From: Carcharhinus amblyrhynchos
Taxonomy: Eukaryota
Length of the DNA: 64,000 nt
Assembly: GCA_965287045.1 (NCBI GenBank)
Contig: OZ336876.1
Coordinates: forward strand, 57,288,001 to 57,352,000
Direction of reading: 5' to 3'
Of this stretch, positions 13,227 to 25,454 are shown piece after piece. A program made the position numbers and the translations under genes. The notes beneath the pieces were generated by a model that did no database searches, was not told the origin of the DNA, and saw only the letters and a list, made by a program, of their open reading frames with translations. Positions within the stretch are counted from its first letter, which is position 1. Every line of letters starts with the position of its first letter.

Positions 13227-15535
13227 CATAAGAACATAAGGAATAGGAGCAGGAGTAGGCCATCTAGCCCTTCGAGCCTGCCCCGCCATTCAATAAGATC
13301 ATGGCTAATCTGCAGTGGATCAGTTCCATTTTCCCACTTTCTCCCCATAACCCTTAATTCCCCTGTCTATCAGAAACCTATCTATCCGTGACTTAAATAT
13401 ATTTAGCGAGGTAGCCTCCACCACTTCAACGGGCAGAGAATTCCAGAGATTCACCACCCTTTGAGTGAAGAAGTTCCTCCTCAACTCTGATCTAAACTGC
13501 GCACCCCCCTTATCTTGAGGCTGTGCCCTCTAGTCCTGCTACCCTTTCTGAGCGGGAAGAATCTCTCTACCTCTACCCTATTCATCACCTTCATTATTTT
13601 ATACGTCTCTATAAGATCCCCCCTCATCCTTCTAAACTCCAAGTACAGACCCAGTCTATTTAGTCTCTCTTCATAGGCCAACCCCCTCATCTCTGGTATC
13701 AGCCTAGTGAACCTCCTCTGCACTCCCTCCAAGGCCAATATATCCTTGCGCAAGTGCGGCAACCAAAACTGCACACAGTACTCTAGCTGCGGCCTCACCA
13801 GTACCCTGTACAGTTGCAGCAAGACCTCCCTACTTTTATATTCTATCCCCCTCGCTATAGAGGCCAACATTCCATTCACCTTCTTGATCACCTGCTGCAC
13901 CTGCAGACTGGGTTTTTACGACTCATGCACAAGGACCCCCAGGTCCCTCTGCACCGTAGTATGCTGCAGCTTTTTGCCTTTTAAATAATAATCCTCCTAC
14001 TATTATTTCTGCCAAAGTGGATAACCTCACACTTGCTAACATTATACTCCATCTGCCAGGTCCTTGCCCACTCGCTCAGCCTATCCAGATCCCTCTGCAG
14101 ACTTTCCACACCCTCCACGCAATTTGCTTTTCCACTCATCTTCGTGTCATCAGCAAATTTCGTCACCCTACACTCAGCCCCCTCCTCCAGATCATCTATA
14201 TAAATGGTAAATAGTTGAAGCCCCAGCACCAATCTCTGCGGCACTCCACTAGTCACCAACTGCCAACCACAATAGTACCCATTGATACCAACTCTCTGCT
14301 TCCTATTAGACAGCCAATCCTCTATCCACGCTAACACCTTACCCACAATTCCGTGCAACCTAACCTTCTGCAGCAACCTTTTGTGAGGCACCTTATCAAA
14401 CACCTTTTGGGAATCTAAAAACACCACATCCACCGGTTCCCCTCTGTCTACCGCACTAGTCACATCCTCATAGAAATCCAATAAATTTGTGAAACACGAC
14501 TTCCCCTTAACGAATCTGTGCTGCATCTGCTCGAACAAACCATTCTTTTCTAGGTGCCTTGCTATTTCTTCTTTGATGACGGATTCAAGCATTTTCCCAA
14601 CTACAGATGTTAAACTAACCGGCCTATAATTCCCTGCCTTTTGGCTGCTACCTTTTTTAAACAGCAGTGTAACATTAGCTGTTTTTCAATCTTCTGGCAC
14701 TTCCCCAGAGTCCAGCGAATTTTGATAAATAATTACTAAGGCATCCACTATGATCTCTGCCATTTCTTTCAGAACCCTGGGGTGCGTTCCATCTGGTCCT
14801 GGGGACTCGCCCACCTTTAGTGCCAGTAGTCTATCAAGCACTTCCTCTCTAGTGATAGTAATCACATTTAGGCCCTCAACTCCTACCATCCTTCTATCTT
14901 TAGTATCCGGCAAACTATTCACGTCCTTCTCCGTGAAGACCGAGGCAAAAAACTTATTTAAAGCCTCAGCCATCTCCTCATCGCCCACTGCTAAATCCCC
15001 CCTCTCATCCTCCAAGGGTCCAACATTCACTCTAGCCAGCCTCCTCCTCTTTATATATTTGTAAAAATTTTTACTGTCACTTTTTATATTTAGTGCTAGT
15101 TTAGCTTCATACTCTATCTTTCCTTTCTTTATCACCTTCTTTGTCATTCTTTGTTGATTTTTAAATCTTTCCTAATCTTCTAATCGCCCACTATTTTTAG
15201 CCACTCTGAACGCATCAGCTTTTAACTTAATACTCTCCTTTATTTCCTTCAATAACCACGGCTGGTTATCCCTTCTCCGACCGTCCTTCTTTACCATCGG
15301 AATATATTTCTGCTGAGTACCGAAAAAGATCTCCTTAAAAATCCTCCACTGTTCCTCAGCCGTCCTACCAACCAATCTGCGCCCCCAATCTACATTTGCC
15401 AATTCCGCTCTCATCCTATCATACTCCCCCCTGTTCAAACAGAGGACACAGGTTCAGGACCCTACTTTCTCATCCTCCATCTGCATCAGAAATTCAACCA
15501 TACTATGGTCACTCGTCCCAAGAAGATCCCTAATT
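13227..15535 (-). mobile_element. Relatively young CR1 LINE, 5'-truncated (about 2.3 kb)
   Basis: Long ORF2 pieces (88, 153, 203 and 139 aa) with SPGPDGTHPRVLKE, FDKVPHKRLL, KFADDTK; cataagaacataag tail. Closely similar to the copy at 40.6-42.2 kb. Confidence 0.97.
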
Positions 15536-15673
15536 CTACCTGTAGTAACACAGTTTAGCATGACAATAAGAATGGAATCCAAGCCCCGAGGTTCATTTCT
15601 AAGGGAATATATATTTTATATTATTCTTTTATATTATTCTCATGGAAGGTGAGTCGGGCAAGCCAGGTGGACC

Positions 15674-15862
15674 ATGTGCCCCCACACCCCCTGCCAACAA
15701 GTGATTCAGGTGGTCAATGCAAGGCGACACATTCTCATGTCCAGGGCCAGCAAGAGAATGCTACCCCACCTGACCAAAAATGACTGGGCACAATGTGATG
15801 TGTCAAATTTTGCTTCAGTGATGCAAAAAGTTCAATGGTCTTCTGTGGATGGCAAGGGTAAG
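15674..15862 (+). pseudogene. Harbinger Myb/SANT-like gene fragment
   Basis: VIQVVNARRHIL..LTKNDWAQ..Q*CKKFNGLLWMAR followed by a gtaagt donor; Myb_DNA-bind_5-like pattern. Confidence 0.55.
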
Positions 15863-16005
15863 TGCAGAGACGGCATGGACTTGTGCAGAGAAGTGTAGCC
15901 AGGTGCCCATTTCCCTGTGTGATGAGGGGTCTAAGTGTGTGTGTTAACTGGCACTGAAGACTCCTCTCCAAGGTGGAAATGTCAGCACAGTAATCGTCAT
16001 TTGTT

Positions 16006-16028
16006 TGGGGGGGGGGGGGGGGGGGGGA
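16006..16028 (+). repeat. Poly-G tract
   Basis: Uninterrupted run of about 22 G. Confidence 0.95.
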
Positions 16029-17126
16029 GGAGGTGGTAGCACCACAGTGAAATGGCCCACTTAATGTCCAAACACAGCAGTAATTGAAAGTGAACATTTT
16101 GCCATACTTCGTTTCTCGTTTAGAAAAATAATTATTCAATCTCACTTTAAATGACAGTTCTGCTTTCTCACCACAAGTTATATAGTTTGAATTACAGCTG
16201 CAAGTTCTAAATATATAGGACACAACATTATGATGATGCTGCTTTAAAATGCAAATACATTTGTGCCAGTGGCACAGAAGGTTATGGCAACTGTTAGCTT
16301 TTATAAAACCCTACAAATGCAGTAGCAGCACAGTTACCAGATAACACTTTACAAACATTCACTGGAGATGAAAACATCCTTTTCTGTAAATAAGAGCAAC
16401 ATTGGGCTCTTCCTGGATTCCCAAACAGTTTGGCTCAGTGGTTGTATACTTAAGTCCCACTCCTGAGTGCATAGTCTAGGTTAACCACTTGGGAAGAAGA
16501 ACAGGCCATTCAAGCCAAATGAGATATTCAATAATGGATCCACCTGCCTATTTAGGTAGACATCAAACATTCTATAGATATTATGGTACAAAAACAAGGA
16601 TTCCCTTGATTGACATCCAGACCAACATTCAGCCCTAAAACTACCACCACCGAAGCAGGTTAACTTACATATTTCTTCAAACACAAGTATCATAAATTAT
16701 AAACAATTAATTTTAAAAGCAATTTCAAGATTGTTGTTGAAATGTGGTAAGTGATGAAGCAATGCGGGTGAGGATTATTTACTTGCAAGGTTATTTTCAT
16801 TTTTGGAAAAAAGTTAATTTTAGTTGAGTGATTTCATATGTTGTTGTTCCTAGACAGGAACCATACCACGTGGTACAAAGAGCTGACTTCAGCTTTCCCA
16901 TTTATTCAGTAGACGGAATCAGTTTAAAAACAAAACACTTGTTGTTCTAAGCAGTAATCAGACTAATTATTAGGTTTGGGATACATTGATAGAAATGCCA
17001 GATTGCTGAAATAAGTACAGAGAATGCTGTCAATGCTCAACATGGTGTGAAACACAAAGACAAGTAGACATTTTATCTTTCATTAGATGGTACTAGGCCT
17101 CATCATTAATTATTGATTCTCCCAAA

Positions 17127-17392
17127 GGCAGTACGGTGGCATAGTGCCTCACAGCACCAGGGACTTGGGTTCGGATCACTGTGTAAAGTTTGTACGTTCT
17201 CCTTGTTTCTGCGTGGGATTCATCCAATTTCCACCCACAGTACGAAAGACATACTGGCTAGATGCATCAGCCATGCTAAATTCTCTCTCAGTGTACACGG
17301 GTAGGCACTGGAGTGTGGCGACTAGAGGATTTTCACAGTAACTTCACTGCAATATTAAGCCTACTTGTGACACTAGTAAGTCAACTTTAAAA
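17127..17392 (+). mobile_element. V-SINE-like SINE with alternative tail
   Basis: tRNA head and V core, then tail gtgtggcgactagaggattttcacagtaacttcactgca..gcctacttgtgacact. Confidence 0.8.
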
Positions 17393-17512
17393 GTTTCTCT
17401 CATATCTGGATGCATTTGGCTCTTTCGGTATTGATATTCCGAGAGAAATTTGCTGTTTTATCCCTTCACCTTACGCTACTATGGACTGGGAGGTATGCAG
17501 CTCAATTCACTG

Positions 17513-17840
17513 GACAGCACAGTGACACAATAGTTAGCACTGCTACCTCACAAGCACCTGGGTTCAATTCCAGCCTCGGATGACTGTGTGGAGTTTGCAC
17601 ATTCTCCCTGTGTCTGTGTAGATTTCCTCCAGGTGCTCCGATTTCCTTCCACTGTCCAAAGATGTGCAGGTTAGGTTTACTGGTCATGCTAATTTTCCCC
17701 TTAGTATAAAGGGGTTTAGCAGATTAAATACATGGGCTTACAGGGATACGGCCTGTAGGGGATTGTTGTCAATGCAGGTCCGACATGCCAAATGGCTTCC
17801 TTCTGCACTGTAGGGATTCTATGCTTTTATGATTCTATGC
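17513..17840 (+). mobile_element. HE1/V-SINE-like SINE, CR1-type tail
   Basis: A and B boxes, V core, (attctatg)n end. Confidence 0.85.
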
Positions 17841-18029
17841 GATGAATGTCCTACTAAAGAAAAATATCAAACACCAGTAATTCTCTAAAAGATGAAAAAT
17901 CAGAGGTTGTTTCACCCAGATTGACCTCGAACACTTTGTCTGTTTCAAGAGTGATACTGTTAAGTATGGCATTTACCCATGCAGCATACATTATATCTTC
18001 TGACTCACTGATATGCCATTGTGCTTTCG

Positions 18030-19430
18030 CATCACTGGGATTATGCTACATTATTATTTTACTTAATAAGGAATAGTCAACATAGATTTCAAAAGAGAAG
18101 GTCGTGCTTGACCAACTTTATTGAATTATTTGAAGAACTGGCAAGTAGTGCCGATAAGAGCAGGGTAACAGATGTAACATGGATTTTCAAAGGCCACAGT
18201 AGACACACAACTAAGATCAGAGCATGTGGATTCAAGGGTCAAATAACAGATTGTAACAGAATAGGGTAGAAGCAGAAGCAACAGAATGCAAGCTGGCAAT
18301 CAAGCAAAAAACAACATAGGGAGTTAAAAGTAATTTCTCAGACTGGCGGAAGGCAGGAAGTGCTGTTAAACAGGGATTGTTCCTTGAACCACTGCTGTTC
18401 ATTATTCACTTAAGCAGTTCGGACTTTGGAATCTGAAGGACAATTTCAGGGAGGATACCAAACCTAGCCACTGGCGCAGGCAAAACAGCATGTATCTTTG
18501 TTGTTCTCTAGCCCGAGACAGCCAGTGGCAGGCAGGACATATGATTGTAAAACCACTCACCAAATACAAAAATGATGATTGATGTGAAGTTGATCCCATG
18601 TAACATGGGAAAAGCCCCCGCAAGAGGAAGAGAGAGACAGAAGAACAGAGGACACTATGTTAGTGGGTATGGTTAATACTGAGGAAGAGTGTGACAAAAC
18701 AATAAGTCAATAAATGTGTAAAAATGGGCAGAAAATGGATCATTAATTTTAATACCGATATGTGTGTGGTAGAACAAATAAGGAGGCCGCATAATATTTG
18801 GAAAGAGTCTAAATTGATCAAAGGGGTCTGGGGATTCACATTTACAAATCATTAAAAGTAGTAACACAGTTTAGCATGAAATCCAAGCCCTGAGGTTCAT
18901 TTCTAAGGGAATATATATTTTACATTATTCTTTCATGGGATGTAAGCATTTTGCCAAGTTCAGCATTTGTTCCCTCATCCCAGGACTGAAAAACCAAAAA
19001 GTTAAATTAAGCTTGCACAGAACCTTGCTTGGACCACATTTGGAGCAATATGTACAATTCTGCTCATCATATTTCAAATGTACTTACAAACACTGGAAAG
19101 GGTGCAAAAATGAGCTACAAATGTGATGTTCTAACTGAGAGGTTACAAATTTAAAGAAAAACTGAAAAGATTGGGGCTGCCACATATAGAGTATGTCTTT
19201 CCATTTGTGCGGAAGTCCAGAACTAGAGGACATAAAGATAAGCTAGTTACTAATAACCTTTATATCCACAATGCAGTTATAATGTGGAATTTGCGACCAC
19301 ACAGAGTAGTTGAGACAAATAACACAGGTCATGAGAGAGAAAGGAACAAAAGGCTATGCCAAGAGGAATTAGGGTGGGAGGATACTCATGGAGAATAAGC
19401 ACAATCCTGTACCAGTTAACCTATTTCTGT
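18030..19430 (+). mobile_element. Old, fragmented CR1 LINE with nested insertions
   Basis: SQHRFQKRRSCLTNFIELFEE; LGPHLEQYVQF; KSRTRGHK. Confidence 0.75.
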
Positions 19431-19591
19431 TCTGTAAGTGCCTTGAAATGTCAGCAACCTGTATTTATTCAGCCATTATTTGCCAATGCAAATAATCAAA
19501 CTTTGTGATATTGTTGCTGGGATATTATTGACCTACATCAGAAAGGTAGACAGCAAAGGCTGGTAGAGCTAGAGGTGATGTCAGAATGAAA

Positions 19592-19751
19592 TGATGCGGA
19601 GATGCCGGTGTTGGACTGTGGTAAAACAGAAAGAAATCCCACAACTCCAGTTTAAAGTCCAAACAGAAGGGACAGGCTGTCCCAAAAGCTTGTGGCTTTT
19701 GCTACAGATAAACCTGTTTGGACTTTAAACTGGTGTTGTGGGATTTCTTTC
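19592..19751. mobile_element. Mini Penelope-like insertion: inverted pLTR with 13-bp TSD
   Basis: TSD tgtcagaatgaaa at 19579-19591 and 19752-19764. Arms 19627-19666 and 19714-19753 are near-perfect reverse complements. A partial hammerhead lies in the spacer. Confidence 0.85.
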
Positions 19752-20339
19752 TGTCAGAATGAAAACCAGTTGTTATCTCGACCCCATAGGGTCTACTTTT
19801 AGGCTACTGTTGTTTTTAATTCAATCAATGACTTGCAGGAATGAATATCCTCCACCAAGTTTAAGTTTTCAGATATCAAATTCAGATGGCACCAACGGTG
19901 CTAGCTAATCTAAAGGATATGGACAAGCATGGTCATTGACTAAAAAGGCAGATAAACGTCATAAAATTAGATTACACATCTGGCAATGTATTTCATGTGA
20001 TAAAACAGAGAAGAGCTCGAGGAATTTGGTGGGTACGTCATTAAAGATTTAATATTTGCAGTCAAAACGAAACCAATTGTCAAGATATAAAGGTAGGGTA
20101 TGATTTATAAATCAAAAGATATAAAATTGTACCTGGCCTTGGTTTGACCACATCTGGAGCACCTGGATTCAACTTTGACCATGCACTATGAAGTAAATAG
20201 TTTTTTTGCTGCATGGCAAGGTGCAAATTTGGCTCTGGCCAAACTGATTTACAAGAATAAAAATCTAAATAAATGGAAATATTCATTACTAGAGAAGGGT
20301 ATTGGTTCTGTTTCTTAAATATAGAACTGGAGTGAACCA

Positions 20340-20820
20340 TCCAGCGCCTCTTGAGCTTATTTTGTCATTCAATTAGATCAAAGCTAATCTGCATCGCAAC
20401 TTCCATGTACCAATCTTTGCTTTATATCTCAGGATACTTTCACCAATAAAAATGTAACATCTCAGCTTCAAAGATTTCAATTGCTCTCTGGTGTTCTCAG
20501 CACTTTGAGAGAGGATTGTTCCAGATTTCTACTATCCTTTGTGTGAGCAAGTACTTCCTGGTTTCATTCCTAAATGGCTTAGCTCTAATTTTTAGATTAT
20601 GACTTCTAGTTCTGAAATCCTCCAGCAGAGGAAACAGTTTATCCGTATCTACCCGAAAGAGTCCCATTTTGAACATCTCAATTAGGGCACCCCTCAATCT
20701 TTCAAATTAATAAAAATTGTAAGGCAACTTTATTCAAACTTTTCTTGCAAACCACTTTAACATTCTGGTTAATCTATGCTGTACACATTTTAAGGCCAAT
20801 ATCTTTCTCATGGGACTGAT
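20340..20820 (-). mobile_element. Old CR1 3' fragment
   Basis: MRGALIEMFK..RTRSHNLKIR..TQRIVEIWN. Confidence 0.75.
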
Positions 20821-20829
20821 GCCCACAAT

Positions 20830-21320
20830 TGAGGGTACAGTGAAGATTTACCAGGATGTTGCTTGGTATGGGGGGCATTAGCAATGAGCGAAGGTTGGAG
20901 AAATTTAGTTTGTTCTCACTGAATGATGAATGTTGAGGGAACGACCTGATAGAAGTCTACAAGATTACGAGGGGCATGGAGAGAGTGGATAGTCAGAAGC
21001 TTTTTCCCCAGGGTGGAAGAGTCAATTACTCGGGACATAAGTTTAAGGTGTGAGGGGCAAGGTTTAAAGGAAATGTGCGAGGCAAGTTTTTTTTTACACA
21101 AAGGGTGGTGGGTGCCTGGAACTCGCTGCTGGGGAGGTAGTGGAAGCGGATATGATAGTGACTTTCAAGGGGCATCTGGACAAATGCATGAATAAGATGG
21201 GAATAGAGAGATATGGTCCCTGGGAGAGTAGGGGGTTTTAGTTCAGTCAGGCAGTATGGTTGGTGCAGGCTTGGAGAGCCGAAGGGCCTGTTCCTGTGCT
21301 GTAATTTTCTTTGTTCTTTG
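20830..21320 (+). mobile_element. CR1 3' end, same subfamily as 5211-7658
   Basis: Highly similar to the reverse complement of 5211-5700. Confidence 0.9.
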
Positions 21321-22269
21321 ACTGCAGTGTTCCAGGTAGTGTCTGATCAAGACTCTGTACAACTGAAGCATTACTTCCTCATTTTTATAATTCAATCACT
21401 TGAGATAAAGACCAGAATTCCATTACTTTTTTTTAACCTTTGCACTAGCTTTTAGTCTTACGTGCAGGGAAACCTAAATTCCTGTTTTTTCACAACTTGC
21501 TCCATTACGAAAATATTCCAATTTGTTTGTCTCAGTTCCAACATGAATGACTCATATTTCTAACCGTAACCAAATATTTTAACCAAATATTTATAACCTA
21601 ACATGATAGAATAGAAAGCTTGCTCTTCCTTATGAGTTTAATTTTCCTCACTAATACGTGTCAAAACTTCCTGAAAAAAGAGATCTGTCAAAATAATAAA
21701 AGATCGCAACCATAACTTGAGAAAATAGAAATCTCTCCTAAAAAGTGTGCCTTTTAAAAAAAGAACAAGGACACTTGGTCCGTATGTATGCAAATATTTC
21801 CCAGTCTCTCACCATTCAAAAAAAAATTCTGCTTTATTTATTTTTCCTTGGATAACTTGATACTTTGCCAAATTGTTCTTTCCCATTCACTCCTACTGAT
21901 TTTCTTTCTCTTTGTCTTGGCCTCTCCCCTTGCCTTAGTTCTACTCATTCTTTATCCTTTAATTCTATAGGACCCAAGACGCAGATGCTTGCCCTCACTA
22001 ACAGCACAACATCAGCAGCCCTAAAGTAAAAGTTTGTTCAAGGAATTGACAGCTAAGTTTGGGGAAACATCTGAAACTGAGGCTGCTGCCTGAGTTCACC
22101 AAATACATGGCTAGTCATTCAGGACTGAGATGAAAGAAATTCTCTCAAAATGTTGTGAATCTTTGGGATCCCTAGCTCAGACAGCTATGATTGTTCAACC
22201 ATTGAGTATATTCAAAAGAGATGTCTTAGGGGATAGAGTCAGAGGATGAAATCAAGGGAGAACATCAGC

Positions 22270-23390
22270 AATACGAACATACAGAATAGGCGAACTAGGC
22301 CATTCGACCGCTTGAGCCGGCTCCATTATTCAATAAGATCATGGCTGATCTGATTATGTTGAGCTCTACATTCCTGATCTACTCCCAATAACCTCTTCCT
22401 TTAAAATATTCAGTGATGCTGCTTCCACCGCCTTCTGAGGCAGATCCTTCCGAAGTTGCACCATCCTGCAGAGAACATATCTTTCCACGTCCTCTTAAAC
22501 AAGGAGACCAAAGCTTCACACAGTATTTGAGACACAGTCTCAACAATGCCCTGTATAACTGAAGCATAGCATCCTTTCACGTTCAATTCTCTTGCTATAA
22601 AGATAGAATGATCCTGGCAGACAAAAGACATGTTGGATTTTCTGACCTCAACCATAACACAAGAATGAAGTGCATCAGGATCCGGAGACTTGTCAGGCGC
22701 AGCCTTATCAGTTTGCTCAATACCGTATCTCTCATGATTGTAATTTCACAGAGTTCCTCTCTCCCTTCCACCTCCTGATTTCTAGTATTACCAGAATATT
22801 TATTCTATCCTCCATAATAAATACAGAAGCAAAATATCTGTACACTTCATCCACCATTTCCTTATTGCCTACTATTAACTCCCCATTCTCACTTTCTAGA
22901 GGACTAACAATTATCTACTCTTTTCCTGTTTAAATAAATTTTCGCTATTTACTTTTATAATCCTAGCTAGATTTCTTTCTCCCAATTAAGCTTTTAGTTG
23001 TTGTCTGCTGTTCTTTATTTTCTGACCAATGATATGACCTGCCATTTGTGCAGTTATATATTTTTTCTTCAATTTGATGATTTCCTTCTTTGGTTAACCA
23101 TGGACGGTGGCTCTTCCCTTTAAGAATTTTTGATTACGGTAAGGATATACTTGTTCTGAGTATTCTGAAATATCTCTTAAATATCGACCACTGCTTCTCT
23201 ATTAATCTATCCTTAGCCTAGTATCGCAGTTTATTTCACCAAGCTCAGCTTTCATGCGTACATAGTAGCTCTTACTTAAGTTTAAAATACCAATTTTAGA
23301 CCCACTCTTCTTCCTTTCAAATGAGATGGTTTTGTTAAATGGTAGATCAGGCTCGAAGGGCCAAATGGCCTCCTCAAACTCCTATTTCTT
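22270..23390 (-). mobile_element. Degenerate CR1 fragments
   Basis: MLQLYRALLRLCLKYCVKLWSP; CR1 tail at 22270-22350. Confidence 0.65.
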
Positions 23391-23729
23391 AACAGCCCTA
23401 ATCCAGACAGACTCAGGAGCATTCAAAAACAATATCCAAAAGATCTCTCCACACAAACAGATTTAGTAATCTCCTAGTACGTGTCGACACATATGGAGAA
23501 CGAAGTTTATTTTGAATTAATATTGCTTCAAATTATCTAATAATTCATTTTCTATGGTGATAAATTCCTACTTTTACTATTTTTGATGTTCAATTCAAAT
23601 CATTTTACCACAAAAATAATTTTTGTTAGGTGGAAAAGTGGCTCGCACAGCTGTCTCACAGTGCCAGAGACCCAGGTTCGATTCCCAATTTGGATCATTG
23701 TTTGTGCAGAGTCTGTTAGTCATTCAAAA

Positions 23730-24955
23730 TTAAATCTTAAGTTTATTTATTACTGTCACAAGTAGGCTTATGTTAACACTGCAATGAAGTTACTGTGAAA
23801 ATCCCCAAGCTGCCACACCACAGCGCTTGTTCGGATACACTGAGGGAGAATTTAGCATGGCCAATGCACCTAACCAACACGTCTTTCAGACTGTGGGAGG
23901 AAACCAGAGCTCCTGGGGAAACCCAAGCATGATGTGGGTATGCCGGCGTTGGATTGGCGTAAACACAGTAAAAAGTCTGACAACACCAGGTTTTAGTCCA
24001 ACCGATTTATTTGATAATAGACTCACAAGCTTTCGGGGTTAGTCCCTTTGTCAGGTGAATGGAGAGTTCTGGCCTCAGACAGAGCATATAAAGCACAGAC
24101 AGTTTAGAGATTACTGATTAGAATGTGAATCCTTACACCTAACCTGCTGTTCAAGACCTGAAGTGGCTGACAATGTGAGTGGAAGGAGCACTGATCACAG
24201 GTTAAAGAGATGTGTATTGTCTCCAGACAGTACAGTAAAGTGAGGTTTTGCAAACCCAGGCAAGTCACGGGGGTTACAGATAGTGCGACATGAACCCAAG
24301 ATCCCTGTTGAGACCGTCCTCATGTGTGCGGAACTTGGCTATCAGTCTCTTCGCTATCCCTTCGCCAACAGGAAGGGGTTGGCGAACACTTCAGTGGTCA
24401 CGGGCATTCAGCCTCTGACCTTCGGGTAAGCATTCTCCAAGGCGGCCTTCACGACACACGACAGCGCAGAGTCGCTGAACAGAGACTGATAGCCAAGTTC
24501 CGCACGCACGAGGACGGTCTCAACAGGGATCTTGGGTTCATGTCGCACTACCTGTAACCCCCGTGACTTGCCTGGGTTTGCAAAACCTCACTTACTGTAC
24601 TGTCTGGAGACAATACACATTTCTTTAACCTGTGATCAGTGCTCCTTCCACTCACATTGTCAGCCACTTCAGGTCTTGAACAGCAGGTTAGGTGTAAGGA
24701 TTCGCATTCTAATCAGTAATCTCTAAACTGTCTGTGCTTTATATGCTCTGTCTGAGGCCAGAACTCTCCATTCACCTGACAAAGGGACTAACCCAAAAGC
24801 TTGTGAGTCTATTATCAAATAAATCGGTTGGACTGAAACCCAAGCAGACAGGGCCAAACATGCAGACTCCACACAGACAGTGACCAAGCCGGAGTTGAAC
24901 TTGGCTTCCTGGCACTATGAGGCAGCAGTGCTAACTCCTATTCCAACATGCCGCG
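23730..24955 (-). mobile_element. V-SINE-like SINE (alternative tail) split by a PLE insertion
   Basis: SINE halves 23730-23929 and 24835-24955 rejoin at gaaacccaagca. Confidence 0.8.
23930..24840. mobile_element. Penelope-like element: about 360-bp inverted arms around a GIY-YIG C-terminal fragment, 12-bp TSD
   Basis: Arms 23989-24350 and 24481-24840 are near-identical reverse complements. ORF 24324-24557 reads VGEHFSGHGHSASDLRVSILQGGLHDTRQRRVAEQRLIAKFRTHEDGLNRDLGFMSHY. TSD gaaacccaagca at 23918-23929 and 24835-24846. Confidence 0.92.
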
Positions 24956-25454
24956 CAATTAAAAACTACATATCAGACTAACTGCACATCAGAATGCCCA
25001 TTAATGCTGGATTCACAGAGGAGCTTGAGGATGTACTTGGTACAAATGCAGAAACTCTCAGTGAGTAAAAGACAGTTTACATGGTCATTACATTACAAAA
25101 CTGACCATCTCCGGCAATGTTTCTAATTGTGGTTATGTTCTCTATTCATAAGGTCGGCACTCCCTAGTTTTTGTTTCTGGCATAAAATGAAGATACGCCA
25201 CTTCTAAAACTTTACAAAGCTTTTATTCTTTGTATAAGTGAAGAAAAATGGTTGGATCAAACATTAATAATTCACATGAAGGTACGACTGAAGAAAAAAA
25301 TGATATGTAGGTATCAGTTTGCAACCTTCAGTTTAGGATTAAAGACATTGGGAAGGTAGGCTTGGGGCTAGGTATATTCTGATAAGTCTCCCAGGATGCT
25401 TTCTGTAATAGAAGTTTCTGTAAAATATCATTGTGAAATTAATTTCTGATCACA

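Noticed and set aside
16041-16175. Two RUNX motifs (ACCACA) as an autoregulatory enhancer
   Set aside because: Two 6-mers are within chance expectation without conservation data.
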